Below, piece after piece: positions 1 to 18,385 of a DNA stretch of 64,000 nt. A program made the translations under genes and the position numbers. The stretch is from the human T2T-CHM13v2.0 reference genome, Homo sapiens. The stretch lies in NCBI RefSeq assembly GCF_009914755.1, contig NC_060933.1; one strand, given 5' to 3'. The number at the start of each line of letters is the position of its first letter. Position 1 is the stretch's first letter. The notes beneath the pieces are model-generated. The model saw only the letters and a list, made by a program, of their open reading frames with translations. It was not told the origin of the DNA and did not search any database.

Positions 1-512
1 ATTTTTAGTAGAGACGGGGTTTCACCATGTTAGCCAGGATGTCTCGATCTCCTGACCTCATGATCCGCCTGCCTCAGCCTCCCTAAAAATTTTTTTGTTG
101 AGATGGAGTCTAACTATGTTGCCCAGGCTGGTTTAAAACTCCTGGACTCAAGCAGTCCTCCCGCCTCAGCTTTCCAAAGTGCTGGGATTGTAGGTGTGAG
201 CCACCCTGCCTGGCCTTCTTTTTTCTCTCTTTCTTTCTTTTTTTTTTGTCAGTTGGAGTCTCTCTCTGTTGCCCAGGGTGGAGTGCAGTGCTGCAATCTC
301 AGCTCACTGCAACCTCCGCCTCCTAGGTTCAAGCAATTGTCCTGCCTTAGCTTCTTGGGTAGCGGGATTACAGGCGCGCTCCACCATGCCAGGCTAATTT
401 TTGTATTTTTTTTTTTAGTAGAGGTGGGGTTTCACCATGTTGGCCAGGCTGGTCTCGAACTCCTGATCTCAGATGATCCACCTGTCTTGGCCTCCCAAAG
501 CGCTGGGATTGG
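1..512 (-). mobile_element. Cluster of antisense Alu pieces (partial Alu, left monomer, near-complete AluS)
   Basis: Alu consensus blocks (gtagagacggggtttcaccatg, ctcctgacctca, cccaaagtgctgggatt) with poly-T tails. Confidence 0.9.
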
Positions 513-1542
513 GATATGCTTTCTTAACCTCAGTTTCCTTCTCTTACAAAGAACTGTGTAGTCTGCCAACTCCTGAGGGTGTCATGAGAGTCCCTGGCTT
601 GTAGTAATGGCTCACCGCTGTCGTGTGTGTGCTTGGGGTTGGGGTTCCCCGCATGCCATGCCTAGCTCTTCTTCTCCCCTGTCCTTGCTTTGGAGCAGGC
701 TAGGTGGCTCCCACTTCTTGGCCTGTTAGAGCAGGGACTGGGGTGGGGAGGCCGAGGGGATGCTGTGGCGTCTTTGGCCGAGAACTGCCGGCTCTCTCCA
801 TGGCAACTGCAAGCAGGCTTCTGGGTGAGAACCAGTGCCTGGAAGGTCAGTGACAAAGCAGATCCTGGAGATGGTGCCTCCCCTGCCAGCTTGGCTCCCA
901 TGTAGAACCAGCCTGAGAGTAGTAAGCAGTCTCCCTGGACTGGGCCTGACTGGCACCTGACCCACCTGCCCCGGCCCAGGGACCCCCGCACCTGTGCAGG
1001 ATTTGTGGTCTCCCCTGGCTCAGCGCAGACCCTCTGAGGGGCTGGTCCAGGTTGATGGGGCGTGGGTAGGGCTCTGTGCCACAGGGACGGGGTACAGGGG
1101 CTGGCCAGCGTGGGCCAGATGCATGGGGACAAGGGAGCATCCATAGTTTCTCATAGAACATAACAGCTCTGAGTCCCCAGTCACCTCTGCCAGCTCTTGG
1201 CATTTTCAGAACTGGGGGGTCCTGTGGGGTATGGCTGGGCTGTGAAGTGTGGAGGTGGCTAGACCAGGCCTGACTGGGGTGTGCCCCAGAAGCTCCTCAC
1301 AGACGGCTGTGGAAAGGCAGGGTGCCCCCCTGGCCCACGCGGAGGGTGTGTGAGGTGCCCCCCTGGTCCAGGTGGAGGGCGTGTGGCTGGGACCTAGAGT
1401 CTGGGGGATGTGAGGTGAGTTTTGGGTTAGGGTTAGGGGGCCCAGAAGAAGCCTGCAGCAGTGTGGTTCCAGCCTTCCTCCCCTCTGTGGGGCTGGGAGC
1501 ACTCCCCGACCTTGGGTGCCAGAGTGAGGGCGGGTCTTTACA

Positions 1543-2540
1543 TGTGTGACTGCTGTTGTGTCTCTGCTGTGTGTGTCTGCGCCGTGTGTCTCTGTGTCTG
1601 TGTATGTGTGTCTCTGTGTCCGTGTCTGTACTGTGTGTCTCTGTGTCTGTGTCTGTGTGTCTCTGTGTCCGTGTGTCCATGTCTGTGCTGTGTGTCTCTG
1701 TGTCTGTCTATGTGTGTCTCTGTGTCCGTGTGTCCATGTCTGTGCCGTGTGTCTCTGTGTCTGTGTATGTGTGTCTCTGTGTCTGTGTGTCTGTGCTGTG
1801 TGTCCCTGTGTTTGTGTATGTGTGTCTCTGTGTTCGTGTCTGTGCTGTGTGTCCCTGTGTCTGTGCCGTGTGTCTCTGTGTCTGTGCTGTGTGTCTCTCT
1901 GTCCCTGTGTCTGTGTGTCCCTGTGTCCTTGTGTCTGTGTGTGTACCGTGTGTCCCTGTGTCTGTGTGTCCTTGTGTCTGTGCTGTGTGTCCCTGTGTCT
2001 GTGTCTGTGTGTCCTTGTGTCCGTGTGTCTGTGTGTGTACCGTGTGTCCGTGTGTCTGTGTCTGTGCCATGGTGTGTCTCTGTCTGTGCCTTGTGTCTGT
2101 GTGTCTGTGCTGTGTGTCTCTGTGTCTGTGTCCCTGTGTCCGTGTCTGTGCTGTGTGTCTCTGTGTCCGTGTGTCCGTGTCTGTGCTGTGTGTCCGTGTG
2201 TCTGTGCTGTGTGTCTCTCTGTCCCTGTGTCTGTGTCTGTGTGTCCTTGTGTCTGTGTGTCTGTGTCTGTGCTGTGTGTCTCTGTGTCCCTGTGACTGTG
2301 TTTGTGTCTGTGTGTCTCTGTGTCCCTGTGTCAGTGTCTGTACTGTGTGTCTCTGTGTCTGTGTCCCTGTGTCTGTGTCTCTTCTGTGTGTCTCTGTGTT
2401 CCTGTGTCTGTGTCTCTGTGTCTGTGTGTCCGTGTCTGTGCCATGTGTCCCATCCCTATGTCTGTGCCGTGTGTCTCTGTGTTCCTGTGTCCGTGTGTCT
2501 GTGTCTATGCCTGCGTGTCTGTGTGTCCCTGTGTCCATGT
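1543..2540. repeat. ~1 kb TG/TC-rich simple repeat, (TGTGTC/TGTCTG)n-like
   Basis: Almost A-free low-complexity tract; gives spurious Cys/Val-rich ORFs. Confidence 0.95.
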
Positions 2541-2661
2541 CTGCAACCTCCACCGCCCTCCCGGGTTCAAGTGATTTTCCTGCCTCAGCCTCCTAAGTAG
2601 CTGGGATTACAGGCGCATACCACCAAGCCCAGCTGATTTTTGTATTTTTAGTAGCGATGGG
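2541..2661 (-). mobile_element. Truncated Alu fragment abutting the TG tract
   Basis: ctgcaacctcc...ctgggattacaggcgc...tgtatttttagtag; both Alu ends missing. Confidence 0.85.
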
Positions 2662-2783
2662 GTTATTATTATTTTGCATTATTTTGGTGATACAGATTGT
2701 CAGAGTGGACTGGGTACAAGTGTTTAAACATTTCATGGCTCCTGAGACATTTTGCCAATTTGTTTTCCAAATGGGATATATAA

Positions 2784-3216
<433 letters not shown>

Positions 3217-4254
3217 TAATTTATTCAATATAAATCTGTACCTTGTTGTCCTTTTCCATTACTGATGAGTTTGAGCATGTTCACACATTACTAAATGGTG
3301 TTTACTTTTGTGAGTTGTCTCTGGGGTTCTTTGCCATTTCATTTTGGAAATTTCTCCATTAACGTTTATTGAGTGCACACTGCCTACCAGGTACTGTGCC
3401 TGGCCTGGAGCTAAGAAGGAAAACACTGCTTCCTCCTGGAGAAGGAGAAACTAGGGGTGGAGTGAGAGGTCCCACTGGCTCCTAGCCCCTCCCCAACACC
3501 CCTCCTCTCCAAGGCAGCTGTTGCCTCCTTGCTTTTCAGTAGGATTTTTCTAGAGCCTAAGGCTTCAGGGCGTAGAAAGTACCCAATACTTGTGTTGGTA
3601 TTTAATACTTGTTAAGTTCGCATGTGTGTGTTGTAATTTCCTTTTTTCTATTGTTGTTAATATAACATCTTTAATTTAAATACCTCAAAGTTGTTTTATT
3701 TAGTATTTGTTTACATGTCAGCAGAGGATAAACATTTTTCTTTTCTGTTTACAAAAAGTAACTGATTTTCTTACTTTATGACACACACTGCCACCATCCT
3801 GTGATATCCACTGTTAATATTTTGAGCTATTTCCTTCCTTCCAAGCTTTTTCGGTGTGTAGGTTTTTAAATACACAATTGATATCACCCTCCAGGGCTAC
3901 TGCGGGCACCCCCCTCCTGTCGTGGGCAGGCCACCTGGTGCAGCTGTGCCGGCTGGTACAAGATGCAGGGTGAGGGCCCCACGAGTGCTCACTGCACACA
4001 GATGTCTCAGCATCTGATGTCCCGGCAACCCCCACTGCCGAGTGTCCTCTGAGGAGACGATTCTGCCTTGTGGGCAGAACTCTGTCAGATTCCTCTTGTC
4101 AAGCATTTGGGTTATTTCCTATTTTGCTTTTGTAGATAAACCAAAACGCATACCTATATCTTTAGACATCTCTGATTATTTCCTTGGGACAAATGCCTAA
4201 AAGTTGGATGAGCTTTGTTTTTCCTGTAAATTATACTATTAAAAAACTCTTCAC

Positions 4255-4696
<442 letters not shown>

Positions 4697-5411
4697 TCAT
4701 TTTTTAACGTTTTGCCTACTTAGTTTTCCAGATAGATTTTGAGATCATTTTGTTGTAGTCCCAATAACCCCGCTGGGATTTTGATTTATCAGAATCTATA
4801 AATTGATTTCAGGGGAATCAAGTTTAGAAATAAATATATATTCTGTCTGTCCATCCAGGAATGTAGTATGTATGAAAATTTATTCAGCTCTCCTTTTTTT
4901 TTTGTAAATAGATTTTGTAGTTTCTTTATAAAAGTCACCTGCACTGTTAAAGCTATTCCTAAGTGGTTTGTATTGATTGGCGGCATTTCGATTGAGGCAT
5001 TTATTTTGTTGCATTTCCTGGCTGTCCCTGTCTGGTGTCACTGCTGGCTTCTGGTGTTTGTCCATCCATCAGGCTGCTGGTTCTGGGTGCCAGTGCACAC
5101 CCCTTCTGGGTAGAGCTGGGCAGCGCTTTGTTTGCTGATGGGCTTGGACCGAAGTTTTGGTTGTGATTACGGTACCTGGAGGTTGCTTTTCCTGCCAGTT
5201 TTTTCCTTTCTCTCATTGGTTTGATCTCATCATCCTGTGCTTTTGGGTTTTGTGCTGCTTTCTGTCTTTTTTGGAAGTCGGGAGGGGCACACAAACCAGA
5301 AGGAAGCTTTTCAAGCTGATGCTCTGGACCACTGGGGCTCACAACTTGGGTGAACATCAGAATCATCCTGTAAGGCATGTAAAACCCAGAGTGCTGGGCC
5401 CTGCCCTCTGA

Positions 5412-5805
<394 letters not shown>

Positions 5806-6217
5806 TGCCTCCGCCTCCCCCCTCCTCCTGCTGTCCCCTCAAGAATTTGCTAATGGTCTGCCAGGTGATGCTGAGGCTGCTGGGAGATCCTGGGTTGGTT
5901 CTTAACCAAGTTCCTGGGAGTTTTATCACTGTCTGCCATCGGTGATCATTTTATCTATTTTTTTCCTTATTTCCTATTCATGTCCTACTATGTTGGTGAG
6001 AACTCTTAAAACAACATTAAATGAGAATTATGGTGATACTTCTTATTTTGTTATCTGACTTGAAGAAAATCCTTCATGATAAATGTGGGTTTGTTAGTAC
6101 TCTTGAGAATGGATTTTGTGCGTAGAAAATATTTTTCAGAAACTAGTTTCTAAATGTCAACATTCAATTTTTAAAGTTAGAAATCCAAAAACGTTGGGTT
6201 TTTAAAAGCTTTTAGGG

Positions 6218-6568
<351 letters not shown>

Positions 6569-7611
6569 TCATTTTCAAGAAGATTTTAAGTAATGTTTTA
6601 TCCTATTTTATAAACTTAAGTTAGACATTTAAAATTTTGTTTATAAATTTACTGTAACTAGACCTTCCTAAGTACTTAAGTATTGTATGTTGAATAAATT
6701 AAAGTGTAAATATGGTGAGTCATAAATTTGCTTCAATGGTTCAATACTTTCTATAAATTTATTAGGTTTTCAACTTAAAATTACAAGTCTCAATCAGTTC
6801 CATTGTATATTTTAAATTCAAATCACAGGGCCAATGTAATGCTAAATACAGCTTCATATGGTCTGATAAATTCTTCATCATAACTCAAAAAATATTAATT
6901 CGGAAAATCTGATTTCCACAAACATTGCTACATTTAATTCTCAGCCTTCCTGGGGTTAAATATGCTGGTTCGCTGAAGACACTGTCACCTCCCGACAAGT
7001 GAATGGAGGTGTCCTGCCCTTGTCCTAAGACACTGTCACCTCGGACCTGCCCTTGTGCCCTCTGGGCTGCCTCATCACATTTGCTGGCTGGAATGGCTGG
7101 AATGTAGACCAGATTTTTTCCTGAAAAATACTAGTGGACTATGGCAAGGGCCTCTCCACTCAAATGCTGGAGGCCTCAGAGGCCCAGTGGGCTGCAGTTA
7201 GGTTGTAATTTATTCCAGAGGCTGCTTACACCACTGGAGCGGATTTTGTGTTTTTATGGCTCTCAAGATTATAGAAATGTCCAGCCTGGGTCTACACAAC
7301 TTTGAATTCTTCGTCAAAAAAGAAGAGATGTTTTCCGGCCCCAGAGGATTATAGCAACTCCTCCTTGTTAAAATGCGTTTCTGTCTTTCATGTCTTTGGC
7401 TTGCCAGGGTGACTCCTAAGGCCGCTTTGCTGACATTTCAGGATTTGTCAGAGAGCGTCCTGGTGCCTGGGAGACAGAAAAGCTATAAGGTGAAGGGAGG
7501 GAGAAACTTTTCCTCCTATGTAATTTGTCTTACTTGGGAATGGAATTGGAGCTTTGCAGGAGCTGTTCACTGTCTGGGTCATCTGTGTTTCCAGTCTCGG
7601 TCTTGCTGACT

Positions 7612-8020
7612 CCATGCCCGTGTGTTGTGTTATTGAACATACGTGTTCCCCTGCATGTCCATGTGTTGTCTTATTTAACATACGTGTTTCTCTGCATCCC
7701 CGTGTGATGCCTTATTTAACATATGTGTGTCTCTGCATCCCTGTGTGATGTCTTAACATACATGTTCCCCTGTATGCCCATGTGATGTCTTATTTAACAT
7801 ACGTGTTCCCCTGCATGCCCATGTGATGTCTTATTTAACATATGTGTTTCTCTTCATCCCCATGTGATGCATTATTTAACATACATGTTTCTCTGCATCC
7901 CTGTGTGATGTCTTTTTTAACATATGTATTCCTCTGCATGCCATGTGATGTATTATTTAACATATGTGTTCCCCTGCATGCCTGTGTCTAGTCTTATTTA
8001 ACATACGTGTTCCTCTGCAC
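7612..8020. repeat. Minisatellite, ~41 bp x ~10 (catgtgatgtcttatttaacatacgtgttcccctgcatgcc)
   Basis: ttatttaacat recurs at ~41 bp spacing. Confidence 0.92.
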
Positions 8021-9374
8021 TCTCCCCTGGTCTGCATTTCTCTGTACATTGGGAGTTAGCTTGGGAGATTTTTCTTAGAGAACTAAAATATTACAGATGT
8101 GGTTGAAGTCTTCTGAATACAGTCCCCCAGTCAGATTCTCTTCTCTTTCTCTTTTTCTCCCTGTGGGAGCAGGTGTCCTGATTTGTGTTTATCCTGCCAG
8201 GGCACGTGGGTGTGTGGGCATTCCACCTTTCGCTGTGTGTGTATCCATAAATGATGTAGCGTGTGAGTGTGTCTGTGTATTCACACACAGATATATGATT
8301 ATTTCACAGCTCTCCTCTACCCCTTAACATTATTTTAAACATTTTTCCATGTTAACGTGCATAGGCTTATTTAGTTTTACATGCTCATTCATTTTTAACT
8401 GTGGAATAATATTCCATTGTGTGCATTTGCCACAGTTAATTTTTCTGTCTTCTTGTGAAAGGCATTTTTATTTTCCTTTCTTACTATTACAAACAGGGCT
8501 ACCCCAGAATGTGCCTGGGGTGTGGTTAGAAGTGGTTTCCTGAATCCTGGGGATGCTCATTTAAAACTTTCCTAGAAGTGGCCAAATACTCTCCAAAACG
8601 ATTCTACAGTTCTCTCTTCCAACACATCACCAGGCTTTAACACTGTGTGCTAAATGTAGGATGTCAAGTGGCAGCTCTTCGTTATTTTAATCTGGATTTC
8701 CCTGATTGCCAATCGTTTTGAGCATCTTCTTCCCTCTTGTAATTTGTTGATTTTTCTGATTAGTTATTTGTATTTTTCATATGAATTTGTAGAAATTTTT
8801 TCTACATTCAGAAAACCAATTCTTTTTCATTTTCTTTATGCTGTCTTTTATGGTGTGGTGTTATTTTATCGTAGTCACATTTATTAATCTATTACTTTAG
8901 TCTTAAGTCATCCTTCCTTACCTCACCATCACTGAGCTGTTCTCTTGTATTTTTTTGCAGCTTTAGAGTTTGCTTTCCATGCTTAGGTCTTTGATACACC
9001 TGGAATTTATGTGTGAGTGATGCTTCCTCTTTCTGCCGACGGGTGACCTGGTTTTCCAACATCATTTGGCGGCTGCTCCACCCTTTTTCCATGATTTGGA
9101 ACGGCGCCACCGCCTTTGTCAAACACCCGGTTTCATACGTCAGGCCTGTTTCTGGCTCTCGTTCTGCCCCATGCCTTCCCTGTCCAATCCACAGAGTATT
9201 AATTATTTTAGCTTAACAGTAAGTCTTGGGGAGTGAAGCAAGAGCTAATTTCCTGGTTTGTTCTTCAGCATCGCTTGACTGTTCATGGCCCATTGCTTGT
9301 CCATGTGGATGTAAAGATGAGCTTGTTAAGTTCTACCAGGGTTCTGCTGAGGTCTTTTATTAAAAACAACTTTA

Positions 9375-10074
<700 letters not shown>

Positions 10075-10135
10075 TAAATTTTTAATTTTTAAAAATTGTG
10101 GTAAAATATGTATAACATGAAGTTTTCTGTTTTAA

Positions 10136-12350
<2,215 letters not shown>

Positions 12351-12548
12351 ATCTAGCTAGTTTTAAATTTTCTACCTTTTCTACCTGTTTTTGTTTAATA
12401 GTTTACTGTTTTTATCTGAACAAAATTCCTCTTTCAATAGTTGATCCTGCTGAATGTCTTCCCGTAGCATTGGGCTTCCTCAGGTAACCTGGCATTTTGG
12501 TTTGAATAGAAGGGTTTTTATTGTCCTTTTTTTCTTTTTTTATTTTGA

Positions 12549-13068
<520 letters not shown>

Positions 13069-14140
13069 TAGGTGACTGGTGCGATCCGCTGAGGGGAACA
13101 AAGGGGGAAGGAGCAGGACTGGAAGTAAGAATAGAAAGTTTCTTAGTCACTGTGATGTAACAACTCTGAACTTTAGAAAAAAGGTACATCTTTTATACTT
13201 GTGTTAAAGTGAAAAAAATAATTCTTTAGTTGTGTAATGTTTCATATGCTTTTTAAAATACCCATATGGAACTGTTAAAAAGGCAGTTGTATATATGAGC
13301 CTAGAGCTCCAGGTCTGGATTAAAGATACACACTTGGGAATAACGGACATGCGTGATACTCAAAGCTATTGGGTAGCTCCTACATGGAATGAGCCTTGGG
13401 GCACCCTCGTTTTGAATCTCTGGCAGAGAAGGCAAAGCTGGCAAAAGAAACTAAGAAGGAGCCCCCAGGGAGTGGGAGGAAAACAGGAGAGAGTTGGCCT
13501 AAGGCAAGAGACCACACCCTTTAAAGGAGACTTGACCGTTAGAATTGGCAAGAGGAAGGCTTGAGGTAGCATTTCAGTGGAGAGGTGGGTGAGAACCTGG
13601 CTGGAGAAAGCTAATGAGAGAGCTCAAGATAAGGAAGTGGTGAGACCGAGGATTGACACCATCCGTGAGTTCTGATGGGAAGGGAACAGAGAAATGCTCT
13701 GTGGTAGAAGGCAGATATGGGATCTTTAGTTTTGTTCTTAAGATGGGAGATACTGGGATATGTTTTTTTGCTAATAGAACTGACCACAGTGTCTTCCTCA
13801 TTCCACCTTTCCAATACCCCACTTCCCTGTCTTCCTGAGATAAGGGAAAGAATGGTGGTATATGGGGGTCGGTTCAGGAGTCCCTCAGGCTCCATCCTGC
13901 TCCTGCTCTCAGTCTCCACTCCTCTCAGAAGGCAGCTTGAAGTGCAGCTGGGGTTGGTTAGGGGATATGGGTCAGCCTTAAACTCAATTGGTAGACAGAT
14001 TTCCTGCCATGCCAGGGGCCAAGTGTCTATTCAGAGATGGTGCCTTTGAACTGGAGGTTTGGTCATGTGGGTGATTGTGAACATTCCTGTGAGCGCTTCT
14101 GGATTCAGTTCCTGCCTCCTCTCACCTGGCAAGCCGCTCT

Positions 14141-14210
14141 GTGCTGGCCCTGTGGTTGGACAGTGGGGGGACACAGGTGCTGGCCCTGTGGTTGGACAGT
14201 GGGGACACAG
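14141..14210. repeat. ~36 bp tandem duplication upstream of the 14325 exon
   Basis: gtgctggccctgtggttggacagtggg(gg)gacacag x2. Confidence 0.9.
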
Positions 14211-14324
14211 GAATGAAGGTGTCACTGCTCTTGGGAGACATGACCCTGGTGGTGGGAGGAGTGTGTCCTCTTCCAGGCTCAATGTGGAAACCTTTACTTC
14301 CCTTCTTCTCCTTGTTTCTGCCAG

Positions 14325-14416
14325 GATCCTTGCCACGGCTGGAACTGACTTCGACCTGCGAACACTGAGGGCTGTGCGTGTGCTGAGGCCCCTGAAGCTG
14401 GTGTCTGGGATTCCAA
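14325..14416 (+). CDS. CACNA1B: CACNA1B coding exon (probably exon 4, 92 nt): domain I S3-S4 voltage sensor
   Basis: Polypyrimidine tract then ccag|G acceptor, A|gtgagt donor. Translates [30 protein letters not shown], with the S4 R/K-x-x repeat of Cav2 channels. Confidence 0.97.
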
Positions 14417-15254
14417 GTGAGTCCAGCGAAGACAGGCCCAAGCCGGCTTGGAGTAACAACCTCCTCTCCTACCCTCACCACGGACATGGCCATGGCCATG
14501 GTTTGGCTTTGGTGACTCTGAGCTTGCCACTTTTGACCCCAGGGAACCAGGCAGGAGGAAGGGAGGAGCAGGCCTTTTTTGGCCTGTCACACCCTCCATG
14601 AAAGCCCACAGGGTGATGCTGTTATTTTACCCTGACCTGGCTTCCCTAGATGGAAGCTTTGTTCCTCCTCACATACTCTGTCACATTTCAGCATTTTGCT
14701 TCTTTTTCTGAGGGTAAAGAATGGATGAGAGGTTGACCAAGGTGGTGGGGAAGGATGCCTGAGAAAATGTGCAAAAGCTGCAAAGGGCCACTTGTCTCTT
14801 GGCTCAGTCTTGTCAGGGCCACTGGGGACTGAGGCCAGCCTTAAGACATGCTCCTGAAGTGGGCTGCCCACAGAGCCTGCCATGAGCAGGAGGATGGCCA
14901 GGGTGACCTCATGAGCCAGTGACCACCTGGACCCCTATTCCTTCAGCCCAGTGGAAGTCTGGTTTTAGGTTTACCTAAGGGCCTGAGTGGACATGGAACT
15001 AGAGCTGTGTCCTCCTGAGGCCACTGAGGGAAGACCCGTGATTGGCTCCCTGTTCTACCCTGAGACCTTGCCAGGCAATGGTTCTGGCCCATATCCAAGT
15101 GCTGGGGCCAGACTCGAAGGGGAGGGGTCAAGGTTTACAGGCTCCTCTGCCCAGTTCCTCACATGCTGTATGGCCAGTGGCAGAACATTCCCAGGGGCAG
15201 GTCTTTTTTGCCTCACTTTCTCCCAAGGAGTTGGGTCTGTTAGGAATACCTGTA

Positions 15255-15470
15255 CTTCTCCCCCAGGATCCCCTGCTCTTCCCTCCCAGGGTCCCCTCCT
15301 CTTAGCTCCCAGCATTCTCTGCTCCTTCCTCCCAGGATCCCCTGCCCTTAGCTCCCAGCATTCTCTGCTCTTCCCTCCTAGAATTCCCTGTTCTTTCCTC
15401 TCAGGATGTCCTCTGACTTGGCTCTTCCTTCTCAGGATTTCATTCTCTTTCCTCTCAGGATTCTCTGTTG
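15255..15470. repeat. Degenerate pyrimidine-rich tandem repeat (ctcccaggat/cattctctgctcttcc)
   Basis: Recurrent cccagg/ctcagg + ctcttcc units of ~22 bp. Confidence 0.7.
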
Positions 15471-15798
15471 CCCCACCCTGAGCCCCACTCCCCACCCCAG
15501 ACTTCATACCCTGACACCCCCACATCCCACTCCTCTGCCTACTTTGAGACACTTCTCAGTCGACTTCTCTCTAGGACCTTATGCTTTGTCCCTAGGACTC
15601 TCAGCTCTGCCCTACACAAGCACTCTCTGCCCCTCTGCGCCTTAAGGGGCTTCAGCTCTATCCTTTGCCCTTGCAAGCACTCACTGCTTAGCACCTTGCT
15701 GTCCCTGCTAGGTTCCTGCTGTTCTGTCCCTGCCCCCACCAAATTCCTTGCCCTACCCTGCCCACGTTGCTTCCTGACCTGCCCTGTTCTGGCCCCAG

Positions 15799-15951
15799 GT
15801 TTGCAGGTGGTGCTCAAGTCCATCATGAAGGCCATGGTTCCACTCCTGCAGATTGGGCTGCTTCTCTTCTTTGCCATCCTCATGTTTGCCATCATTGGCC
15901 TGGAGTTCTACATGGGCAAGTTCCACAAGGCCTGTTTCCCCAACAGCACAG
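15799..15951 (+). CDS. CACNA1B: CACNA1B coding exon (probably exon 5, 153 nt): S4-S5 linker and IS5
   Basis: cccag|GT acceptor, G|gtgagg donor. (S)[50 protein letters not shown]; phase matches the previous exon. Confidence 0.97.
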
Positions 15952-17175
15952 GTGAGGCCAGGCAGCACCCTCCAGCACAGGCAAGTGCCACGGATGCGTT
16001 CATCCAGGAGATGGGCACTGTTCTAGGTGCTAGAGGGGCCTTCTTGGTGCCAGATACATGAGGTGGAGCTGACATTCTAGTGGGGGACATAGACGATAGC
16101 CTGATAAACACAAGTAAATAAACACAGAAATATAATAATTATCGATTGTAGTAACTTTTGGGAAGAAAACAAAAAGGTATTTGAAATAGAATAATTTGGG
16201 GCCTGCTTTACAGAGGGGCCCAGGAGGCCAACTCTGCCAAGGTGACCGTCGAGCAGCATCTGAATGCAGGGAGATTGGAGCCGTGTGGCCACCTGGGCAG
16301 AACTTCAGTTACCAGTAGTAGTAGTAGTAGGTGCAAAGGCCTATGGTGCGGAGCAGCGAGAACAAGAGGAATCATGTGGGCTTCATGGCCCTGTCTTATT
16401 CTGAGAGAAACGGGAAGACAGTGGAGCGCTTTGAGTGAGGTGTGGCATCTTCTGATCATTCGGGCTGCTCCTGGGAGTTGAGTAGAAGATCTCAATCCAG
16501 CAGAGGTGATGGTGGCTGGGGCCAGGGTGTTGTGATAGAGGTGGTTAAAATGGGTCAAATTATGGGTGTATTTGTAGGTAAAGCCAACAGAATTTTCTGA
16601 GAGTCTATATGTGGGGGTAAGAGAAACAGAAGAGTTAAGGATGAAGCTAAGGTTTGTGGCTTGAACTACAAACTTAGTAAAGGAGAAAACCCAGCCGGCG
16701 GTGGCTCACCTATAGTCCCAGCACTTTTAGAAAAAGGTTTTACTAGAATTTAGATCGTTCGTGATTTTAAAAAAAAAACAAAAACCTTTAATCCAACTGT
16801 AAATAAAAGAGAATTTTCTTAAATCCCTGCAGATTTCCTGCAAATACCATACCTCAACTAAGCCTTGAGAGCTTTCCCTTTACAGTCAAGAACAAAAGCA
16901 AGTCACTTCTAGTCCACGTAGCATTTGTAGTCATGGCCAGGTCATGAGACAAGAAAAAGAAAAAGTTAAAAAAAAAAAAAAAGAACTGGAAAGGAGGAGA
17001 TGAAACTCATTATTCTTAGTCTTCTTTACCAGCATTTATCAAGATATTTGGACAGAGAGGAATAAACTTAGGTAGTCAGTTTTGCCTTCTAAACCTGGGA
17101 GTATTTGCTTTCCAGCTGAGCAACTCCACAAAATTTCTCCTATGTTGATAGATATTTTCATGTGTTGTTATACAA

Positions 17176-17477
17176 TTTTTTTTTTTTTTTTTTTTGAGAC
17201 GGAGTCTCACTCTGTTGCCCAGGCTGGGGGGCAGTGGTGCAATCTCGGCTCGCTGCAACCTCCGCCTCCCAGGTTCTAGCAATTCTCCTGCCTCAGCCTC
17301 CCGAGTAGCTGGGATTACATGCCCATGGTGCCACGCCCAGCTAATTTTTTGTATTTTAGTACAGACAGGGTTTCACCATGTTGCCCAGGCTGGTCTCGAA
17401 CTCCTGAGCTCAGACAATCTGCCCACCTCAGCCTCCCAAAGTGCTAGGATTACAGGCGTGAGCCACCGTGCCTGGCC
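17176..17477 (-). mobile_element. AluS
   Basis: Full Alu with poly-T. Confidence 0.9.
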
Positions 17478-17835
17478 TGCATTTTTTAAAAATTTTTTTT
17501 TTCGGCCTTTCATTGAGATTTTTGAGAGTGAAGGGGGTAAACGTGCTGCTTGCTATCTTGTTCCAGAGATTAGCAGTGGTTTTCTGGTCTTTCTTTAACC
17601 CCTCTTTCTCTGGTCCCTGGCTGCCTGCTCGGTTTCAGCACAGTAGAAGGATGTCCGCCCTGTAGGGTCAGTGCAGCGAGACCTGGGCCAGGAGGTCTCC
17701 AGCCACCCTCCGGGTACATGTTCGGTTGGTTCCAGATCATCCTGCCTGACAGGCACCAGACTGCACAGTGGCTGAGTCCAGCTTGGGACTGGCCAAGGGC
17801 CTCAAGTTAGATCTGCGTGTCAGGAGGATATTGCT

Positions 17836-18058
17836 GGCAGTTTGGCTGTGAGGGAGAGGTACAGTCAGCGTGGCAGTTTGGCTGTGAGGGAGGTAGTTTG
17901 GCTGTGAGGGAGAGGAACGGTCCTCGTGGCAGTTTGGCCGTGAGGGAGAGGTACAGTCAGCGTGGTGGTTTGGCTGTGAGGGAGGCAGTTTGGCTGTGAG
18001 GGAGAGGAACGATCAGCGTGGCGGTTTGGCTGTGAGGGAGAGGAATGGTCAGGGTGGT
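17836..18058. repeat. Degenerate minisatellite (gcagtttggctgtgagggag[aggtacagtcagcgtg])
   Basis: tttggctgtgagggag core recurs about 7 times, with long and short units. Confidence 0.85.
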
Positions 18059-18385
18059 GGGAAGAATGGGAGGTTAGGAGTTTGTTGTTTTTAGTTTTAA
18101 GATGAATGGGCTGTGAGCCCACCATCAAGTGATGGTGGGCAGGTTCCAGTAGGAGGGAGAGGCCAGCCGTTACTCCCTGAGTTGGTCACTCGTGAGCTCG
18201 GGGTCAGCAAGAGGCGATGCCTGATGCAGATTCGAGGAGGGATGGTGGGAAGTTGAGGGAGAGTTTCTGTTGGTGGCTGGTTCCTGCCCACCTGCTGTGA
18301 GCTCTCCAGAGCCCAGGAATCCTGGTGGGGATTGGAGAGCTTGGTATTTCTGAGCTCAGGGTCTGCTTCATTCTCCTTCTTGCAG

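Noticed and set aside
103-561. Alu-derived ORFs (here and at many other Alus)
   Set aside because: Standard Alu translation motifs ([19 protein letters not shown]); not genes.
1421-1440. Telomere-like TTTGGG-TTAGGG-TTAGGG
   Set aside because: Only two perfect hexamers; too short to call an interstitial telomeric array.
1461-2600. Cys/Val-rich and Thr/His-rich ORFs
   Set aside because: Translations of a TG simple repeat.
15799-15807. Alternative acceptor ttgcag|gtg 8 nt into the exon
   Set aside because: Would frameshift; the upstream AG gives the conserved GIPSLQVV.
15468-16061. 197-aa ORF as a stand-alone gene (likewise 14059-14601 and 18325-18666)
   Set aside because: Only the splice-site-bounded part is channel sequence; the rest is intron read-through.
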